DNA of 64,000 nucleotides from Eledone cirrhosa (GCA_964016885.1 OZ024741.1:11222001-11286000); one strand, 5' to 3'. Positions 14,623 to 27,875 are shown, counted from the first letter of the stretch. The notes: generated by a model not told the origin, from the letters alone. Made by a program: numbers and translations.

Positions 14623-14623
14623 A

Positions 14624-14689
<66 letters not shown>

Positions 14690-14725
14690 ATATATAATAT
14701 ATATATTATATATATATATATATAA

Positions 14726-14770
<45 letters not shown>

Positions 14771-15108
14771 ATTATATATATATATATATAATATATATAT
14801 TATATATATATATATATAATATATATTATATATATATATTATATATATATATATATAATATATATTATATATATATATTATATATATATATATATAATAT
14901 ATATTATATATATATATATATAATATATATATATATAATATATAATCATCATCACCATCATCATCACCGTTTTACGTCCGTTCTTCCACGCTAGCATGGG
15001 TTAGACGGGTTGTCCTGTTGTGGGCAGTGTCTGGTCGGCTGACCATGCCTTGCTCATACAGGAACTGATCTGGCTATATATATATAATATATATATATAT
15101 ATATAATA

Positions 15109-15201
<93 letters not shown>

Positions 15202-15204
15202 ATT

Positions 15205-15285
<81 letters not shown>

Positions 15286-15288
15286 ATT

Positions 15289-15360
<72 letters not shown>

Positions 15361-15366
15361 ATATAT

Positions 15367-15398
<32 letters not shown>

Positions 15399-15406
15399 AT
15401 ATATAT

Positions 15407-15440
<34 letters not shown>

Positions 15441-15453
15441 ATATATTATATAT
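14531..15453. repeat. (TA)n microsatellite tracts flanking an RTE-B stub
   Basis: Direct reading; TAA/TTA interruptions. Confidence 0.97.
14946..15075 (-). mobile_element. RTE family B, 3'-terminal 130-bp stub
   Basis: Reverse complement of the end of 21600-22446, including the (GAT)n tail. Confidence 0.92.
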
Positions 15454-15490
15454 AAATTCACCTCTTGGACGAGAATGCGAGCACTCCTCA

Positions 15491-18088
15491 TTGTTTCGAC
15501 CGCGGACGGCTAACATAACCCCATCGCCCCCGGCCCCTCACCGCCCCCAACCCCCAAACGCAATCCAAAACCTCAGAGTTGGTACCATAAATGTAGGCAC
15601 CCTAAAGGGTCGCGCTAACGAGGTTGTAGAAATGCTTGAACGTAAGGAGGTCGATGTTTGTTGTATTCAAGAGACCAGGTGGAGGGGTGGGTCTGCTAGG
15701 TTCATTGAGGGTAAAAAACGATGTTATAAGCTTTTCTGGGTGGGAAACGACGATGGGCTGGGTGGAGTAGGAATCATGGTAGCAGAAAAGTGGGCAGATA
15801 AGATAATAGACGTAAATAGAGTGAACGACAGAATAATTAAAATACGACTTGTCCTCAATAGAACTACGGTGACAGTAATATCTGCGTACGCACCCCAATC
15901 CGGACTGCCCGACACTATAAAAGACAGATTCTATGAGACACTGATGCTAACTACCTCCCAAATATCCGACAGTGACTATATAATTATCGCAGGCGACCTA
16001 AATGGTCACGTTGGACAACATTGTGACGGCTACGACGAAATCCATGGAGGCTATGGGTTTGGTACTAGAAATGAGGAAGGCTCCAGAATCCTGGAATTCT
16101 GTGATGCAAATAACCTAACTATCTGTAACACTAACTTCAAAAAACGTGACAATCACCTGATCACCTATAGATCCGGGGAACACACAAGCCAGGTAGATTA
16201 TATCCTTACCAGAAGACGTGACAGAGTGTCTGTTGTAAACACTAAATCCCTCCCCCATGAAGAATGCACCTCCCAACATAGACTGATAATTAGCGACCTC
16301 ATAGTCAGGACGAGACGTACTCGACAACAGAAGAGGACTATCCTCAGGAGGAAAATATGGAAGCTAAAGGACCCCACAGCCAGGAATAAATTTCAAAGCA
16401 TATTACTTGATGCTTTCGACAGTAAGGAAGAACATTTAGAGTCTGACAATATAGAGGGAGAGTGGGAATTTCTGAAAGCAAACCTGCTGTTGGCGACAGA
16501 CGAAGTCTGTGGCTGGAGCAGGCCTGTAGGCAGGAGGAGAGTAACATGGTGGTGGAACAGTAAGGTGGAGGGGTCAATTAAGGCCAAAAAGCAGGCTTGG
16601 AAAGTATGGCGGGATGGGGGAAGTCGAGAGGACTATCAAGTGGCCAGGAGGGAAGCTAGGAGACAAGTGTACTTAGCAAGAAGGGAAGCTGAGGAAAGAA
16701 AGTTCAAGCATGTTCTACAACGCGATGACCAAAAACGTGAGGTGTTCAGGATTGCTAGGCAATGCGTCAAGGAAAACCGTGATATTGTCGGGGAGAAGTG
16801 TGTACTAAACGACGATGGCACACTTGCCATCACCGACGCTGATAAGAAGGTAGCTTGGAAGTGTCACTATGAAAGGCTACTAAATGAGGAGAATAATTGG
16901 GAGAAAGGCAGTCTCCCCCATATCGACCCAATAGAGGGACCAGCAGTGTTAGTCGAGGGGAGTATAATAAGTAAGGCAATCAAGGATATGAAGACTGGTA
17001 AGGCGGCTGGGCCTTCGGAAATAGTTGCTGAGATGCTGAAGGCATCTGGCACGGTGGGACACACCATGGTCACCCGCATAGTTAACCAAGTCGTACAGAA
17101 TGGGGTTGTTCCGAAGGACTGGCATAGCAGCATCATCGTTAACTGTTATAAGGGTAAAGGAGACGCCCTAGATAGGAGTAACTATAGAGGCATTAAATTA
17201 ATCGACCAGGTCATGAAGGTCACGGAAAAAGTAATAGCGCAACTAATCAGAGAGAGAATTGACCTAGATGAAATGCAGTTCGGGTTTGTGTCAGGCAAAA
17301 GTACCACAGATGCTCTTTTCATAGTACGACAACTACAGGAGAAGTACCTAGCTAAAGGTAAACCCCTCTACTTAGCTTTTGTCGACTTGGAGAAAGCCTT
17401 CGACAGAGTCCCCCGCTCCATTATCTGGTGGGCTCTTAGAAAACTAGGCGTTGACGAATGGCTTGTGAGGGCTATACAAGCCATGTATAAAGAAACAGTC
17501 AGCAAGGTTAGAATTAACAACGAATATAGTGAAGAGTTTAGCGTAAAAGTTGGCGTCCATCAGGGCTCTGTTCTCAGTCCACTACTATTTATTATTGCCC
17601 TTCAGGCTATAACAGAGGAGTTCAAGACAGGCTGCCCATGGGAACTCCTATACGCAGACGACCTGACACTCATAGCGGAATCAATGGCCGAGCTAGAGAA
17701 GAAATTCCAAACATGGTTGTACGATGCCTGCATACGAACAGCAATGTTGCATGGTAGTGAGACCTGGGCATTGTGTGCAGAGGATATACGCAGACTAGAG
17801 AGGAACGAAGCTTGCATGCTCCGCTGGATGTGTAACAGTAATATACGTGAACGGCAAAGCATAAACGAACTAAGGAAAAAATTAGAGATAAGAGGGATCA
17901 GATGTTGTTTACTCGAGAGAAGGCTGCGTTGGTATGGACACGTGATGTGCATGAAAGTCGATAGCTGTATAACAAAGTGCAGGGCAATAAAGATAGACGG
18001 TAGCCACGGAATAGGCAGACCTAGAAAAACCTGGGATGAGCTGATAAACTCAGCCCCCTACTATTTATTATTGCCCTTCAGGCTATAA
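15491..18088 (+). CDS. RTE ORF (AP endonuclease + reverse transcriptase), 5'-truncated, with a 155-codon in-frame deletion
   Basis: 865-aa ORF; KKFQTW is fused directly to LYDACIRT. Confidence 0.9.
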   Translation: MFRPRTANITPSPPAPHRPQPPNAIQNLRVGTINVGTLKGRANEVVEMLERKEVDVCCIQETRWRGGSARFIEGKKRCYKLFWVGNDDGLGGVGIMVAEKWADKIIDVNRVNDRIIKIRLVLNRTTVTVISAYAPQSGLPDTIKDRFYETLMLTTSQISDSDYIIIAGDLNGHVGQHCDGYDEIHGGYGFGTRNEEGSRILEFCDANNLTICNTNFKKRDNHLITYRSGEHTSQVDYILTRRRDRVSVVNTKSLPHEECTSQHRLIISDLIVRTRRTRQQKRTILRRKIWKLKDPTARNKFQSILLDAFDSKEEHLESDNIEGEWEFLKANLLLATDEVCGWSRPVGRRRVTWWWNSKVEGSIKAKKQAWKVWRDGGSREDYQVARREARRQVYLARREAEERKFKHVLQRDDQKREVFRIARQCVKENRDIVGEKCVLNDDGTLAITDADKKVAWKCHYERLLNEENNWEKGSLPHIDPIEGPAVLVEGSIISKAIKDMKTGKAAGPSEIVAEMLKASGTVGHTMVTRIVNQVVQNGVVPKDWHSSIIVNCYKGKGDALDRSNYRGIKLIDQVMKVTEKVIAQLIRERIDLDEMQFGFVSGKSTTDALFIVRQLQEKYLAKGKPLYLAFVDLEKAFDRVPRSIIWWALRKLGVDEWLVRAIQAMYKETVSKVRINNEYSEEFSVKVGVHQGSVLSPLLFIIALQAITEEFKTGCPWELLYADDLTLIAESMAELEKKFQTWLYDACIRTAMLHGSETWALCAEDIRRLERNEACMLRWMCNSNIRERQSINELRKKLEIRGIRCCLLERRLRWYGHVMCMKVDSCITKCRAIKIDGSHGIGRPRKTWDELINSAPYYLLLPFRL

Positions 18089-18159
18089 CAGAGGAGTTCA
18101 AGACAGGCTGCGCATGGGAACTCCTATACGCAGACGACCTGACACTCTTAGCGGAATCA

Positions 18160-19083
18160 ATGGCCGAGCTAGAGAAGAAATTCCAAACATGGAAGCACGG
18201 CCTAGAGTCAAAAGGACTTAAAATTAACCTGGCTAAGACCAAAGTACTAGTTTGTAGGAAAGAAAACAAGGCGGCGGTCCCTTCTGGGAAATGGTCGTGC
18301 TCGGTGTGTAGGAAAGGCGTAGGTAGAAACTCCATTTTATGTCCTAAATGCAAAGTATGGGTGCATAAAAGATGTAGTGGGATCACAGGTAAGCTAACTA
18401 AGAACATAGATTTTACATGTGGCCGGTGCTCTGGTGCAATAAGTAGCAGCAAGTGCCCACAAACTACTAGCTCTTTCAATTGCGCAGAGGGTTCTATAGA
18501 AATAGTGGACAGCTTCCGTTACCTGGGCGATAAAATCAGCAGTGGGGGAGGGTGCTCTGAGAGTACTGTAGCTAGAGTCAGAACTGGTTGGAAAAAGTTC
18601 AGAGAGCTTATACCACTATTAGCTGCTAAAGGGTTCTCACTAAAAATGAAAGGCAGGTTGTACGATGCCTGCATACGAACAGCAATGCTGCATGGCAGTG
18701 AGACCTGGGCATTGTGTGCAGAGGATATACGCAGACTAGAGAGGAACGAAGCTTGCATGCTCCGCTGGATGTGTAACAGTAATATACGTGAACGGCAAAG
18801 CATAAACGAACTAAGGAAAAAATTAGAGATAAGAGGGATCAGATGTTGTTTACTCGAGAGAAGGCTACGTTGGTATGGACACGTGATGCGCATGAAAGTC
18901 GATAGCTGTATAACAAAGTGCAGGGCAATAAAGATAGACGGTAGTCACGGAATAGGCAGACCTAGAAAAACCTGGGACGAGCTGATAAACTCCGACATCA
19001 CACACTTACACCTCTCCAAGACAATGTCACTGGACCGAGACCTTTGGCGGTACTCAGTAACAGAGAAGACCCGCCTTACCTAA
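18160..19083 (+). CDS. RTE-A C-terminal fragment with intact PHD-type finger and RT thumb
   Basis: 307-aa ORF containing CSVC..CPKC..HKRC..CGRC, FRYLG and RLRWYGHV. Confidence 0.88.
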   Translation: MAELEKKFQTWKHGLESKGLKINLAKTKVLVCRKENKAAVPSGKWSCSVCRKGVGRNSILCPKCKVWVHKRCSGITGKLTKNIDFTCGRCSGAISSSKCPQTTSSFNCAEGSIEIVDSFRYLGDKISSGGGCSESTVARVRTGWKKFRELIPLLAAKGFSLKMKGRLYDACIRTAMLHGSETWALCAEDIRRLERNEACMLRWMCNSNIRERQSINELRKKLEIRGIRCCLLERRLRWYGHVMRMKVDSCITKCRAIKIDGSHGIGRPRKTWDELINSDITHLHLSKTMSLDRDLWRYSVTEKTRLT

Positions 19084-19481
19084 ATATATAGTAAAACCTA
19101 CTCCAGCCAGTAGGCATCTCTAACAAAATACACCCCGTCCCACCACCACCACCCCCACCCGATCCACACCACCCCGTTCTATGTAAAGTTATGTTGGTGC
19201 CGCGCCATCGAGGCCGAAACAAATGAGATCGTGTAGGTGTCACGACAAAAAAACACACAGTCCACGCTGTAATGTGGCCGTGTAGGCAACACGGTAAAAA
19301 CCTCCCAGACCCACACTGTAAATGTGGTTGGTGTTAGGAAGGGCATCCAACTGTAGAAAACCTGCCAGACAGTCCTATGCGAGCAAGACAATCACTCTTG
19401 CCTCAAGTGGGACTACCCCCGTCCAAACCCATGCAAGCGTGGAACACGGACGTTAAACGTTGATGATGATGATGATGATGA

Positions 19482-21081
<1,600 letters not shown>

Positions 21082-21599
21082 GGTTAACACAAATCAATAT
21101 ATTTGATAAACAAATCCTCATATTTATTTATGTATGTATTGTAAATGACCAAGTTAGCTAGATAGAAATATACTAATAATAATATTACAGTTTGCCTATC
21201 ATGACTTAAGATAATACATCATAAATCAACAAAAACAAATTGTATTGGCAATGGCCGTGGTGCTTGGACAAATTTAAATTTCAAAATCAAACCTGTTCCG
21301 TAGACAGGTTTAAACCTTAAAATCCAAATATGTTTCGAATAATGAAAAAGTGGAAGGAATACCGCATTTAGATCTCCTCAGCAAGCACTATAAAAATTGG
21401 TATGTTCCACTTCAAAATATTTAGGAAGACTGTTTAACGCACGAGGTAACATCATGCGGTTATCCAGTGTCTAGCTAGCCACATACTTGTGCTGCTAGAA
21501 ATAACAGCCGTTTGTATGGGGCTAAAATCAGCTCAACGAAGGAGCAGTGTAAAATCAATAATAATGAGTTCAAATCTCAGGCGATCATTTACAATGATA

Positions 21600-22446
21600 G
21601 CTCAGAAAGTACAATAACTAGGGTAAGAACGGGATGGAAGAAGTTTAGGGAACTACTACCACTGCTAGCTGCAAAAGGCTTCTCCCTCAGAATGAAAGGC
21701 AGACTGTATGATGCGTGTATCCGAACAGCGATGTTGCATGGTAGTGAGACCTGGGCGCTGAAGGTGGAAGACTTACGTAGATTAGAGAGAAACGAAGCCT
21801 GCATGCTCCGATGGATGTGTAATAGTAATATACGTGAACGACAAAGCATAAAGGAATTGAGAGAGAGACTGAGCATAAGAGGAATCAAATGCTGCGTGCA
21901 GGAGAGGCGGTTACGCTGGTATGGACATGTGATGCGTATGAAGGATGACAGCTGCATAAAAAGGTGCAGAGCACTAGAAGTTGATGGAAACCGCGGAGTG
22001 GGGAGACCCAAGATGACTTGGGATGAGGTGATAAAAGCCGACCTAACCCAACTACACCTCTCAAAGTCAATGACACACGACCGTGACTTCTGGCGTCACG
22101 CAGTAATACAGGGTACCCGACCTCCCATGGGTACATGCTGAAGCATATAAACAATATTCCCCCACTACCCCCACCGCAAGGTGGTCGTGGAGGTGCCACG
22201 GCAAAAAAGCACCCAGCCCACACTGTAAAGTGGACGTGTAGGCGCCACGAAAAAGCACCCAGCACTCACTGTAAATGAGGTTGGTGTTAGGAAGGGCATC
22301 TAGCTGTAGAAATCAAGCCAGATCAGTTCCTGTATGAGCAAGGCATGGTCAGCCGACCAGACACTGCCCAGAACAGGACAACCCGTCTAACCCATGCTAG
22401 CATGGAAGAACGGACGTAAAACGGTGATGATGATGATGATGATGAT
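21600..22446 (+). mobile_element. RTE family B, 5'-truncated
   Basis: SESTITRVRTGW...[10 protein letters not shown]-type 3' UTR and (GAT)n tail. Confidence 0.93.
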
Positions 22447-22477
22447 AATATATATATATAATATATATATATATAAT

Positions 22478-22536
<59 letters not shown>

Positions 22537-22581
22537 TATAATATATAATATATATAAATAATATATATATATATAATATAT

Positions 22582-22615
<34 letters not shown>

Positions 22616-22938
22616 ATATATATATATATATAATATATATATATAATATATATATATGTATAATATATATATATAATATATATATATAATATATATATAT
22701 AATATATATATATATATAATATATATATATGTATAATATATATATATAATATATATATATATATAATATATATAAATGTATAATATATATATATAATATA
22801 TATATATATATAATATATATATATGTATAATATATATATATAATATATATATATATATAATATATATAAATGTATAATATATATATATAATATATATATA
22901 TATATAATATATATATATGTATAATATATATATATAAT

Positions 22939-22970
<32 letters not shown>

Positions 22971-23019
22971 ATATATATATATATATATAATATATATATA
23001 TATAATATATATATATAAT

Positions 23020-23076
<57 letters not shown>

Positions 23077-23116
23077 TATATATATAATATATATATATAA
23101 TGTATATATATATAAT

Positions 23117-23148
<32 letters not shown>

Positions 23149-23194
23149 ATATATATATATATATATAATATATATATATATATATAATATATAT

Positions 23195-23243
<49 letters not shown>

Positions 23244-23289
23244 TATATATATAATATATATATATATATATAATGTATATATATATAAT

Positions 23290-23320
<31 letters not shown>

Positions 23321-23362
23321 TATATATATTATATATTATATATATATTATATATATTATATA

Positions 23363-23408
<46 letters not shown>

Positions 23409-23452
23409 ATATATATTATATATATATTTATTATATATATATATATATTTAT

Positions 23453-23484
<32 letters not shown>

Positions 23485-23544
23485 TATATATATATTATAT
23501 ATATATTTTATTTATTATATATATATATATATATATATATTTAT

Positions 23545-23575
<31 letters not shown>

Positions 23576-23730
23576 ATATATATATTTTATTTATTATATA
23601 TATATATATATATATTTATTTTATTTATTATATATATATATATATATATATATTTATTTTATTTATTATATATATATATATATATTTTATTTATTATATA
23701 TATATATTTTATTTATTATATATATATATA
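22447..23730. repeat. (TA)n tract between two tail-to-tail RTE-B copies
   Basis: Direct reading. Confidence 0.97.
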
Positions 23731-24181
23731 TCATCATCATCATCATCATCATCGTTTTACGTCCGTTCTTCCACGCTAGCATGGGTTAGACGGGTTGTCC
23801 TGTTGTGGGCAGTGTCTGGTCGGCTGACCATGCCTTGCTCATACAGGAACTGATCTGGCTTGATTTCTACAGCTGGATGCCCTTCCTAACACCAACCTCA
23901 TTTACAGTGAGTGCTGGGTGCTTTTTCGTGGCGCCTACACGTCCACTTTACAGTGTGGGCTGGGTGCTTTTTTGCCGTGGCACCTCCACGACCACCTTGC
24001 GGTGGGGGGGGGGGGGGGGGCATATTGTTTATATGCTTCAGCATGTACCCATGGGAGGTCGGGTACCCTGTATTACTGCGTGACGCCAGAAGTCACGGTC
24101 GTGTGTCATTGACTTTGAGAGGTGTAGTTGGGTAAGGTCGGCTTTTATCACCTCATCCCAAGTCATCTTGGGTCTCCCCAC
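23731..24181 (-). mobile_element. RTE family B, 3'-terminal 450 bp
   Basis: Reverse complement of ~21998-22446. Confidence 0.93.
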
Positions 24182-24194
24182 ATATATATATATA

Positions 24195-27091
24195 AAAGGG
24201 TCGCGCTAACGAGGTTGTAGAAATGCTTGAACGTAAGGAGGTCGATGTTTGTTGTATTCAAGAGACCAGGTGGATGGGTGGGTCTGCTAGATTCATTGAG
24301 GGTAAAAAACGATGTTATAAGCTTTTCTGGGTGGGAAACGACGATGGGCTGGGTGGAGTAGGAATCATGGTAGCAGAAAAGTGGGCAGATAAGATAATAG
24401 ACGTAAATAGAGTGAACGACAGAATAAGACTTGTCCTCAATAGAACTACGGTGACAGTAATATCTGCGTACGCACCCCAATCCGGACTGCCCGGCACTAT
24501 AAAAGACAGATTCTATGAGACACTGATGCTAACTACCTCCCAAATAACCGACAGTGACTATATAATTATTGCAGGCGACCTAAATGGTCACATTGGACAA
24601 CATTGTGACGGCTACGACGAAATCCATGGAGGCTATGGGTTTGGTACTAGAAATGAGGAAGGCTCCAGAATCCTGGAATTCTGTGATGCAAATAACCTAA
24701 CTATCTGTAACACTAACTTCAAAAAACGTGACAATCACCTGATCACCTATAGATCCGGGGAACACACAAGCCAGGTAGATTATATCCTTACCAGAAGACG
24801 TGACAGAGTGTCTGTTGTAAACACTAAATCCCTCCCCCATGAAGAATGCACCTCCCAACATAGACTGATAATTAGCGACCTCATAGTCAGGACGAGATGT
24901 ACTCGACAGCAGAAGAGGACTATCCTCAGGAGGAAAATATGGAAACTAAAGGACCCCACAGCCAGAAATAAATTTCAAAGCATATTACTTGATGCTTTCG
25001 ACAGTAAGGAAGAGCATCTAGAATCGGACAATATAGAGGGACAGTGGGAATTTCTGAAAGCAAACCTGCTGTTGGCGACAGACGAAGTCTGTGGCTGGAG
25101 CAGGCCTGTAGGCAGGAGGAGAGTAACATGGTGGTGGAACAGTAGGGTGGAGGGGTCAATTAAAGCCAAAAAGCAGGCTTGGAAAGTATGGCGGGATGGT
25201 GGAAGTAGAGTAGACTATCAAGTGGCCAGGAGGGAAGCTAGGAGAGAAGTGTACTTAGCAAGAAGGGAAGCTGAGGAAAGAAAGTTCAAGCATGTTCTAC
25301 AACGCGATGACCAAAAACGTGAGGTGTTCAGGATTGCTAGGCAATGCGTCAAGGAAAACCGTGATATTGTCGGGGAGAAGTGTGTACTTAATGATGATGG
25401 CATACTTGCCATCACCGACACTGATAAGAAGGTAGCTTGGAAGTGTCACTATGAAAGGCTACTAAATGAGGAGAATAAATGGGAGAAAGACAGTCTCCCC
25501 CATATCGACCCAATAGAGGGACCAGCAGTGTTAGTCGAGGGGAGTATAATAAGTAAGGCAATCAAGGATATGAAGACGGATAAGGCGGCTGGGCCTTCGG
25601 AAATAGTTGCTGAGATGCTGAAGGCATCTGGCACAGTGGGACACACCATGGTCACCCGCATAGTTAACCAAGTCGTACAGAATGGGGTTGTTCCGAAGGA
25701 CTGGCATAGCAGCATCATCGTTAACTGTTATAAGGGTAAAGGAGACGCCCTAGATAGGAGTAACTATAGAGGCATTAAATTAATCGACCAGGTCATGAAG
25801 GTCACGGAAAAAGTAATAGCGCAACTAATCAGAGAGAGAATTGACCTAGATGAAATGCAGTTCGGGTTTGTGTCAGGCAAAAGCACCACAGACGCTCTTT
25901 TCATAGTACGACAACTACAGGAGAAGTACCTAGCTAAAGGTAAATCCCTCTACTTAGCTTTTGTCGACCTGGAGAAAGCCTTCGACAGAGTCCCCCGCTC
26001 CATTATCTGGTGGGCTCTTAGAAAACTAGGCGTTGACGAATGGCTTGTGAGGGCTATACAAGTCATGTATAAAGAAACAGTCAGCAAGGTTAGAATTAAC
26101 AACGAATATAGTGAAGAGTTTAGCGTAAAAGTTGGCGTCCATCAGGGCTCTGTTCTCAGCCCCCTACTATTTATTATTGCCCTTCAGGCTATAACAGAGG
26201 AGTTCAAGACAGGCTGCCCATGGGAACTCCTATACGCAGATGACCTGACACTCATAGCGGAATCAATGGCCGAGCTAGAGAAGAAATTCCAAACATGGTT
26301 GTACGATGCCTGCATACGAACAGCAATGTTGCATGGTAGTGAGACCTGGGCATTGTGTGCAGAGGATATACGCAGACTAGAGAGGAACGAAGCTTGCATG
26401 CTCCGCTGGATGTGTAACAGTAATATACGTGAACGGCAAAGCATAAACGAACTAAGGAAAAAATTAGAGATAAGAGGGATCAGATGTTGTTTACTCGAGA
26501 GAAGGCTGCGTTGGTATGGACACGTGATGTGCATGAAAGTCGATAGCTGTATAACAAAGTGCAGGGCAATAAAGATAGACGGTAGCCACGGAATAGGCAG
26601 ACCTAGAAAAACCTGGGATGAGCTGATAAACTCCGACCTCACACACTTACACCTCTCCAAGACAATGTCACTGGACCGAGACCTTTGGCGGTACTCAGTA
26701 ACAGAGAAGACCCGCCTTGCCAGTAGGCATCTCTAACAAAATACACCCCGTCCCGCCACCACCCCCACCCCATCCACACCACCCCGTTCTATGTAAAGTT
26801 ATGTTGGTGCCGCGCCATCCAGGCCGAAACAAATGAGATCGTGTAGGTGTCACGACAAAAAAACACACAGTCCACGCTGTAATGTGGCCGTGTAGGCAAC
26901 ACGGTAAAAACCTCCCAGACCCACACTGTAAATGTGGTTGGTGTTAGGAAGGGCACCCAACTGTAGAAAACCTGCCAGACAGTCCTATGCGAGCAAGACA
27001 ATCACTCTTGCCTCAAGTGGGACTACCCCCGTCCAAACCCATGCAAGCGTGGAACACGGACGTTAAACGTTGATGATGATGATGATGATGA
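24195..27091 (+). mobile_element. RTE family A, 5'-truncated deletion variant (ORF 24223-26736)
   Basis: 837-aa APE+RT ORF with the same TW|LYD fusion as 15491-18088, 3' UTR and (GAT)n tail. Confidence 0.95.
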
Positions 27092-27096
27092 TATAT

Positions 27097-27167
<71 letters not shown>

Positions 27168-27313
27168 ATACTTTGGGAGGGTCATGTTGCCAATAAGAAA
27201 CACACGCACCAGTTGCTTTCACTTCAATTTATTATAATAAATTTATAAATTTAGGAATTTATAAATTTCTGGTTGGTTGGTTGGTTTCACAACCAGATAG
27301 TTGTTTATATATT

Positions 27314-27356
27314 GTCAAAGTTCTTTCGTCACACATTCTGTGACCTCTTCAGTGAC
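27314..27356 (-). ncRNA. Type I hammerhead ribozyme-like motif in the pLTR
   Basis: Minus strand reads GUCA-CUGAAGA-G-GUCAC(AGAAUGU)GUGAC-GAAA-G(AA)C-UU-UGAC. Confidence 0.65.
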
Positions 27357-27557
27357 TGGGGATTCTTTTCTTTGTTTTTGTGCCTCTCCTTTGTTCTGTC
27401 CTACGCCATTTTGTTTCTGTGTGTGTGTTGTGTGCTCAGTCTGCGCATGCGCCACGTCCGGGTGTCTGTGTGTGTTTATATTCGTTTATTTATTTGTTTA
27501 TTTACATGTTATTGGTTGGTTGTTTGTTCTATGTGTGTGTGTGTTTTCATTTTGTCC

Positions 27558-27875
27558 TTAATTGTAAGTTGTGATGTTGCTGTTCCACTCATATTTCCTA
27601 TTTAATTTTGGTTGTAATTCTTTTATGTTTATTGCCTCTGTGATTTGTCTAAACATTGCGTCTTTTCTGTGTGTAGATTCTATTTTTATTTCTATGTTCT
27701 CTAATTTACCCTTATGTTCTATTTTAGCATGTTGGTAGAGTACAGATGATTCTTTACTATCTTGAAGGTCTCGCCAGTGTTCATTTATCCGTTCCCCTAC
27801 ACTACGAGCTGTCTCACCTATGTACACTATATTTTTGTCTCTACATTGTCCTTCAGTACATCTTATGCTATACAC
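27558..27875 (-). pseudogene. GIY-YIG endonuclease domain of a PLE
   Basis: YIGET-R--R--EH and E---I----P-LN motifs; the upstream frame is broken. Confidence 0.85.

Larger units (their letters stand above)
15454..19481 (+). mobile_element. RTE-clade LINE family A, chimeric: deletion-variant body (15454-18051) joined to an undeleted 3' part (18049-19481)
   Basis: APE motifs (GTINV, CIQET, GDLNGH, QVDYI, SQH), RT motifs (QFGF, FVDLEKAFD, QGSVLSP, YADD), RTE C-terminus (RLRWYGHV..GRPRKTW) and (GAT)n tail. Confidence 0.95.

Noticed and set aside
18193-18657. Canonical spliceosomal intron explaining the PHD deletion
   Set aside because: Boundaries are GA..AG at best, not GT/GC..AG; microhomology deletion is simpler.
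15602-18893. Recurrent antisense ORFs over RTE copies
   Set aside because: Shadow frames of the RT ORF; they recur only because the copies are near-identical.
21512-21599. Novel N-terminus fused to RTE-B (209-aa ORF)
   Set aside because: Flanking DNA read in frame from a TTG into a 5'-truncated insertion; nothing supports expression.
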